From sequence record SRR31156797_1270: a DNA stretch of 64,000 nt, one strand, 5' to 3'. A model generated the notes under the pieces. That model made no database searches. It was not told where the DNA came from and was given only the letters and a program-made list of their open reading frames with translations. The translations under genes were made by a program, and so were the position numbers. Shown here one piece after another: positions 58,725 through 64,000 of the stretch. Position 1 is the first letter of the stretch, and each line of letters begins with the position of its first letter.

Positions 58725-61210
58725 AAATGACAAGACGCGCGTTTGTAAAAGCAAACGCAGCTGCATCAGCAGCAGCAATCGCTGGCGTAACACTGCCCGC
58801 TTCCGCTGCCAATCTGATTGCCAGCACTGACCAAACCAAAATCACCTGGGACAAAGCGCCTTGTCGTTTCTGTGGTACAGGTTGCTCTGTATTAGTCGGT
58901 ACTCAAAATGGACGTATCGTCGCAACTCAAGGCGACCCAGAAGCCCCCGTTAACAAAGGGCTTAACTGTATCAAAGGTTATTTCCTCTCCAAAATCATGT
59001 ACGGTCAGGATCGCTTAACTCAACCGCTGTTAAGAATGCGCAACGGTGAGTTCGCGAAAGACGGTGACTTCACACCAATCTCATGGGATCAAGCCTTTGA
59101 TATCATGGCTGAAAAGTGGAAAGCGTCTCTTGAGAAAAAAGGCCCAACTAGCATTGGTATGTTTGGCTCAGGCCAATGGACCGTGATGGAAGGTTACGCT
59201 GCCGCTAAGATGATGAAAGCGGGCTTCCGTTCAAACAACATTGACCCAAATGCTCGTCACTGTATGGCCTCTGCGGTAGTTGGCTTTATGCGCGCGTTTG
59301 GTATTGATGAACCGATGGGCTGTTATGACGACCTTGAACATGCAGATGCGTTCGTACTATGGGGCGCAAACATGGCAGAAATGCACCCTATCCTTTGGAG
59401 CCGACTTACTGACCGTCGTTTAAGCCAGCAGCATGTTAAAGTTAACGTGCTATCCACTTATTACCACCGCTCTTTTGAACTGGCAGACCACGGCTATATT
59501 TTCAAACCGAATACTGACCTAGCGATTGCCAACTTCATTGCTAACTACATCATCCAAAATGATGCGGTTAACTGGGACTTTGTTAATAAGCACACCAATT
59601 TTAAACAAGCAACCACCGATATCGGTTATGGTCTGCGTGACGATCACCCACTACAGAAAAAAGCCAAGAACCCGAATAATGGTTCAATGAGCGATATCTC
59701 TTTCGAAGAGTACAAAAAATCTGTTGCTCCTTACACAGCAGAAAAAGCAGCCGAAATTTCAGGTGTCAGTGAAGAGAAACTGATTGAGCTTGCAAAACAA
59801 TATGCGGATCCAAACACCAAAGTGATGTCACTTTGGACTATGGGTATGAACCAACATACTCGTGGCGTATGGATGAACAACCTTGTTTACAATATTCACT
59901 TATTGACCGGTAAGATTTCCACACCGGGTAACAGCCCATTCTCACTAACCGGTCAACCATCAGCTTGTGGTACCGCGCGTGAGGTGGGTACTTTCGCACA
60001 CCGCCTACCTGCGGATATGGTGGTAGCGAACCCTAAACACCGAGCAATTGCGGAAAAAGTGTGGAAACTACCTGAAGGTACCATTCCACCAAAACCAGGA
60101 TTCCATGCGGTTCTTCAAGACCGTATGTTGAACGATGGCGTACTGAACTGCTACTGGGTGCAATGTAACAACAACATGCAAGCGGGTCCAAATATCAATG
60201 GTGAACGTCTACCGGGATACCGCAACCCAGAAAACTTCATCGTGGTTTCAGACCCTTACCCAACGGTAACCGCACAAGCCGCTGACCTAATCCTGCCAAC
60301 CGCAATGTGGGTTGAAAAAGAAGGGGCTTACGGTAACGCAGAACGTCGTACACAAGCTTGGTATCAACAGGTTGAAACAGTAGGCGAAGCGAAATCTGAC
60401 TTATGGCAGGTGATGGAGTTCTCTAAACGCTTCAAAATGGAAGACGTTTGGCCTGAAGATCTTCTAGCGAAAATGCCAGAGTACCGCGGAAAAACCATGT
60501 TTGATGTGCTATTCAAAAACGGTCAGATTGACCAGTTCCCATTAAGCGAAGCACGTGAAATGAACGACGATGCCCATCACTTTGGCTTCTACGTTCAAAA
60601 AGGTATTTTCGAAGAGTACGCGACTTTCGGTCGTGGTCACGGCCATGACCTAGCGCCTTACGATATGTACCACCAAACCCGTGGTCTGCGTTGGCCATTC
60701 GTTGATGGTAAAGAGACCCAGTGGCGCTACAAAGAAGGTTCTGACCCATATGCTAAGGAAGGTTCAGGTTGGGACTTCTACGGCAAACCTGACGGCAGAG
60801 CATGGATCATTTCAGCGCCGTATGAAGCGCCGCCAGAATCACCCGATGCTGAACATGATTTATGGCTATGTACAGGCCGTGTACTGGAGCATTGGCATAC
60901 CGGTACCATGACTCGTCGTGTTCCTGAGCTGTATAAGTCGTTCCCTGATGCTGTTTGCTTTATGCATCACGAAGATGCTGTTGCACGTGGCCTACGCCGA
61001 GGCGATGAAGTTTTAATTTCTAACGCTCGAGGTGAAGTTAGAGCTCGTGTTGAAACTCGTGGTCGTAACAAGCCGCCAAAAGGCTTGGTATTCGTACCGT
61101 TCTTTGATGCTCGCATTCTGATCAACAAGTTGATCCTAGATGCTACTGACCCACTTTCAAAACAGACCGACTTTAAAAAATGTCCGGTAAAAATTACCAA
61201 AGTGGCCTAA
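58721..61210 (+). CDS. napA: Periplasmic nitrate reductase catalytic subunit
   Basis: Tat signal [36 protein letters not shown]. Confidence 0.98.
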   Translation: MKMTRRAFVKANAAASAAAIAGVTLPASAANLIASTDQTKITWDKAPCRFCGTGCSVLVGTQNGRIVATQGDPEAPVNKGLNCIKGYFLSKIMYGQDRLTQPLLRMRNGEFAKDGDFTPISWDQAFDIMAEKWKASLEKKGPTSIGMFGSGQWTVMEGYAAAKMMKAGFRSNNIDPNARHCMASAVVGFMRAFGIDEPMGCYDDLEHADAFVLWGANMAEMHPILWSRLTDRRLSQQHVKVNVLSTYYHRSFELADHGYIFKPNTDLAIANFIANYIIQNDAVNWDFVNKHTNFKQATTDIGYGLRDDHPLQKKAKNPNNGSMSDISFEEYKKSVAPYTAEKAAEISGVSEEKLIELAKQYADPNTKVMSLWTMGMNQHTRGVWMNNLVYNIHLLTGKISTPGNSPFSLTGQPSACGTAREVGTFAHRLPADMVVANPKHRAIAEKVWKLPEGTIPPKPGFHAVLQDRMLNDGVLNCYWVQCNNNMQAGPNINGERLPGYRNPENFIVVSDPYPTVTAQAADLILPTAMWVEKEGAYGNAERRTQAWYQQVETVGEAKSDLWQVMEFSKRFKMEDVWPEDLLAKMPEYRGKTMFDVLFKNGQIDQFPLSEAREMNDDAHHFGFYVQKGIFEEYATFGRGHGHDLAPYDMYHQTRGLRWPFVDGKETQWRYKEGSDPYAKEGSGWDFYGKPDGRAWIISAPYEAPPESPDAEHDLWLCTGRVLEHWHTGTMTRRVPELYKSFPDAVCFMHHEDAVARGLRRGDEVLISNARGEVRARVETRGRNKPPKGLVFVPFFDARILINKLILDATDPLSKQTDFKKCPVKITKVA

Positions 61211-61290
61211 GCACAAAACGAATGAAAAGGCTGCCCTGTGATTTAGGGCTGCCACATTAAAGAATTTAGCCATTAGGCGGAGAATGTAAT

Positions 61291-61752
61291 ATGAAAAAAT
61301 TACTGGTTGCACTGTTATCGGTGGGTGCTGTTTTATCGGGAGTCGCTATCGCTCAAGCTGAACTGGATAATCCGGGCGGCACTGGTGGTTTAGAGTCACT
61401 GCGTGGTTCGAGTTTACTGGAAGACACACGTGATGCGGATCAGATGAAAAAAATTCCGCGTGAACAATCACTGGAAACAGACTTTGTGTATCAGCCACCG
61501 TTGATCCCACACTCTATTCGTAACTACGAAGTAACCAAAGACGCAAACAAATGTTTGGCATGCCATAACTGGAAGAATGCTAAAGAAATGGGCGCGCCAA
61601 AAATCAGCGTTACCCACTTTGTGAACCGAGAAGACGCGGTTCTGGCTGATGTTTCTCCTCGTCGTTATTTCTGTTTGCAATGTCACGTTCCTCAAGCGGA
61701 CGCTCAGCCTTTGGTTGAGAATGACTTTAAGCGCGTTGAATCACTCCGCTAA
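61291..61752 (+). CDS. napB: Diheme cytochrome c NapB
   Basis: QPPLIPH, CLACH, SPRRYFCLQCH. Confidence 0.96.
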   Translation: MKKLLVALLSVGAVLSGVAIAQAELDNPGGTGGLESLRGSSLLEDTRDADQMKKIPREQSLETDFVYQPPLIPHSIRNYEVTKDANKCLACHNWKNAKEMGAPKISVTHFVNREDAVLADVSPRRYFCLQCHVPQADAQPLVENDFKRVESLR

Positions 61753-61778
61753 GCAAACCACAAATTAAGAGGCGATTT

Positions 61779-62357
61779 ATGAAACTACTCAAAGCGTTTT
61801 GGAGTAAGTTAACCAGGCCAAGTAAAGCGGCGGCTGGCGTTGTCTTATTCTTGGGGTTTTCTGGCGGCTTACTGTTTTGGGGCGCATTCAATACAGGAAT
61901 GGAAATGACTAACACTGAAGAATTCTGCTCAGGGTGTCATGCTCCAATCGTTGCGGAAATTCAGGAAACGGTTCACTATTCAAACCGTTCTGGTGTGCGC
62001 GCGATCTGCTCAGATTGTCACGTACCACATGAATGGACTGATAAAATTGTTCGTAAGGTGCAAGCTTCAAAAGAACTGTTTGCTCACTACGTAACCAAAA
62101 CTATCGACACACCAGAAAAATTCAAAGAGCGTCGAGCTCATCTCGCCGAGCGTGAATGGGCTAGGATGAAAAAGAACGACTCACTTGAGTGTCGGAACTG
62201 TCATGAATTCGAATTCATGGACTTTTCAGAACAGAGCCAACGTAGTGTTCAACAACACTCGACTGCCCTAGCCTCTGGTGAAAAAACGTGTGTAGATTGC
62301 CACAAAGGTATCGCACATAACCTACCAGATATGCATGGCGTTGAAGGCTGGCAATAA
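61779..62357 (+). CDS. napC: Tetraheme cytochrome c NapC
   Basis: N-terminal TM; four CxxCH motifs (CSGCH, CSDCH, CRNCH, CVDCH). Confidence 0.96.
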   Translation: MKLLKAFWSKLTRPSKAAAGVVLFLGFSGGLLFWGAFNTGMEMTNTEEFCSGCHAPIVAEIQETVHYSNRSGVRAICSDCHVPHEWTDKIVRKVQASKELFAHYVTKTIDTPEKFKERRAHLAEREWARMKKNDSLECRNCHEFEFMDFSEQSQRSVQQHSTALASGEKTCVDCHKGIAHNLPDMHGVEGWQ

Positions 62358-62368
62358 GGAGAGCTGAA

Positions 62369-62503
62369 ATGAGTACACTTGAGTCGGTTATCTGGCACGT
62401 TCTTGGTTACGGTGCTATGCCCGTAATTATACTTGGCGGCTTTGTTGGCGTTGCGGCGGTGTCGATAGGTATTTTGTCACTAACCAAAGATAAAGAATCT
62501 TAA
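62369..62503 (+). CDS. 44-aa nap-associated membrane peptide (TIGR02808-like); missing from the ORF track
   Basis: AGGAG RBS, MSTLESVIWHVLGYGAMPVIILGGFVGVAAVSIGILSLTKDKES*; single TM; lies before the operon terminator. Confidence 0.8.
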   Translation: MSTLESVIWHVLGYGAMPVIILGGFVGVAAVSIGILSLTKDKES

Positions 62504-62539
62504 AAGATAAAGTTGACATAGCTTTACCAAAATTTACCC

Positions 62540-62567
62540 AAAATCCGGCTGTTAGGCCGGATTTTTT
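62540..62567 (+). terminator. nap operon terminator
   Basis: AAAATCCGGC-TGTTAG-GCCGGATTTTTT. Confidence 0.85.
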
Positions 62568-62676
62568 ATTTTAGCAACAACTAAACTAATAGCCATAAAT
62601 TGAGAGCAATCTCCAATCTCGTTAACTAAATTTATATTAGATTAACCTTATATAAAGATTTCAGGGACAGAGTATT

Positions 62677-63972
62677 ATGGCTAAATACAGTTGGTTACAA
62701 CGATTACTTATCGCACCTCCAATCATTCTTGGTGTCGCTGTACTCATTGTTGCTCCCAGCATGAAAGCTGAACCACCTAAAGTGGAGCAAACGGGTGGTT
62801 CCAAAGTCGTGCGGGTAATGAAAGTCAAACCGACATCACTTCAGCCCACTGCTGTCGGATACGGATACACTCAGCCTGCGCAAGAATGGAACGCACAGGC
62901 GGAAGTAGAAGGTCGGGTAATATGGGTATCTGACAATTTCAAAAACGGTGCTTTCGTTAACAAAGGGGAACCTTTAGTCAGACTTGATGATTCCGCTTAC
63001 CTACTCGCCATTACCAAACTCAATGCGGAACTGGATGTCGCTAAGCTAAAAGATGAAACCATTGGTGTCAGTTATTCGATTGCCGAGCAAGATTACAAAC
63101 TGCAAAAAGAAGAATACGCACGAACCGAACGTTTAGCCAAAACCGGTCATTTATCTCAAACTGAAAAAGACAAAGCCAAACGGGATTTATTAAGTAAACA
63201 ACAAAGCCTACAAAATCTGAAAAATGAACAGGCAATCAACGTCGCCGAGCAACAGGTTCTAAATGCCGAACTGGAAATCGCTAAGCGAGATCTTAGCCAT
63301 ACCGAAATTCGTGCGCCTTACGATATTCGAATTACCGCAACCGACATCGATGTTGAAGAGTATGTAAACAAAGGCCAAACCATACTTCAATCTGACGGTA
63401 TGGGCTCTGTTGAAGTTTTAGCTCAGTTCTCTATTGGTAAAATGAGACCACTAAGACGTAATTCTCAGGCTCAAAGTTTTGATAATTCTCTACACAGCGA
63501 TTTAGAAGCAACAGTGACCTTAAATACAGGAAGCAAGCTTGTTCAGTGGCAAGGTGTGGTTGACCGAACCGGCGGTACGATTGACGCGCAAACTCAAAGC
63601 CAAACGATTATTGTCCGCGTGCCAGAGCCGTACCAACAGGCTCAGCCCGGTCAGAAACCGCCTCTCATTCGCGATACTTTCGTCAAAGTTGCACTCAAGT
63701 CTCCAGAACTCAAAAATCAGTTTATTGTACCAATTAACGCTCTACATAATGGCAATGTGTATCTTGTAAAAGAAGGACAATTAATCATTCAGCCAGTGGA
63801 AGTAGACTTTACTCAAAACCAAATCGCCGTGATTAAATCTGGGTTAAACAAAGACGATATAGTGGTCGTTAGTCAACTTCAGCCTGCCGTCGAAGGGATG
63901 AAACTAAAACCCCAGCCAGACAAAAATATGATGGAATGGCTAAGCCAACAAGCGAAGGGAGATGAATCATGA
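62677..63972 (+). CDS. RND efflux periplasmic adaptor (membrane fusion protein)
   Basis: N-terminal anchor, lipoyl halves (AEVEGRV..; EIRAPYD), coiled-coil hairpin, IKSGL...D.VV. Confidence 0.88.
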   Translation: MAKYSWLQRLLIAPPIILGVAVLIVAPSMKAEPPKVEQTGGSKVVRVMKVKPTSLQPTAVGYGYTQPAQEWNAQAEVEGRVIWVSDNFKNGAFVNKGEPLVRLDDSAYLLAITKLNAELDVAKLKDETIGVSYSIAEQDYKLQKEEYARTERLAKTGHLSQTEKDKAKRDLLSKQQSLQNLKNEQAINVAEQQVLNAELEIAKRDLSHTEIRAPYDIRITATDIDVEEYVNKGQTILQSDGMGSVEVLAQFSIGKMRPLRRNSQAQSFDNSLHSDLEATVTLNTGSKLVQWQGVVDRTGGTIDAQTQSQTIIVRVPEPYQQAQPGQKPPLIRDTFVKVALKSPELKNQFIVPINALHNGNVYLVKEGQLIIQPVEVDFTQNQIAVIKSGLNKDDIVVVSQLQPAVEGMKLKPQPDKNMMEWLSQQAKGDES

Positions 63973-64000
63973 TCGCCTACTTCGCCCAACATAAAACGGC
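63969..64000 (+). CDS. Start of an RND efflux permease (truncated by the window edge)
   Basis: ATGA overlap with the adaptor gene; MIAYFAQHKTA resembles AcrB-family N-termini. Confidence 0.65.
   Translation, partial: MIAYFAQHKT

Noticed and set aside
361-63769. Numerous short ORFs in the track that overlap annotated genes (antisense or alternate frame)
   Set aside because: Shadow ORFs of well-supported genes, without recognisable motifs
1-64000. CRISPR arrays, integron attC/VCR repeats, IS elements, tRNA/rRNA, dif site
   Set aside because: No regularly spaced repeats, transposase/integrase ORFs, structural RNA signatures or TTATGTTAAAT XerD arm were seen by eye; a covariance-model search would be needed to exclude small RNAs

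Overview
This window looks like a Vibrionaceae (very likely Vibrio) chromosomal segment. Its gene content resembles what I recall of Vibrio chromosome II: viaA-ravA, ltaE, tyrP, galE, ybbP-ybbA/tesA, fabV, gsk, gcvT-XRE-gcvH-gcvP, narQ plus a NarL/NarP-type regulator, and napFDABC. It is mostly housekeeping and metabolic genes. I saw no rRNA, tRNA, CRISPR array, prophage, integron cassette or transposase. The most notable signals are: (1) an orphan PEP-CTERM surface-protein gene (48056-48769) preceded by a complete sigma54 enhancer architecture (TGT-N11-ACA box, perfect IHF site, -24/-12 promoter), implying an exosortase/PrsK-PrsR system in a Vibrio; (2) a translationally coupled TonB-dependent receptor / YfiR / YfiN-like diguanylate cyclase operon, i.e. 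a YfiBNR variant with a TonB receptor in place of YfiB, running into galE; (3) an unannotated, heavily eroded glyA relic in the 'intergenic' gap before gcvH; (4) a DARS-like triple DnaA-box cluster at about 22.2 kb; (5) an orphan alginate DEH-reductase-like SDR with a KdgR-type operator; and (6) several clean candidate operators (TyrR pair, XRE palindromes, FNR/NarP sites) plus one perfect matS. All family assignments come from motif recognition and recall, not from database searches.
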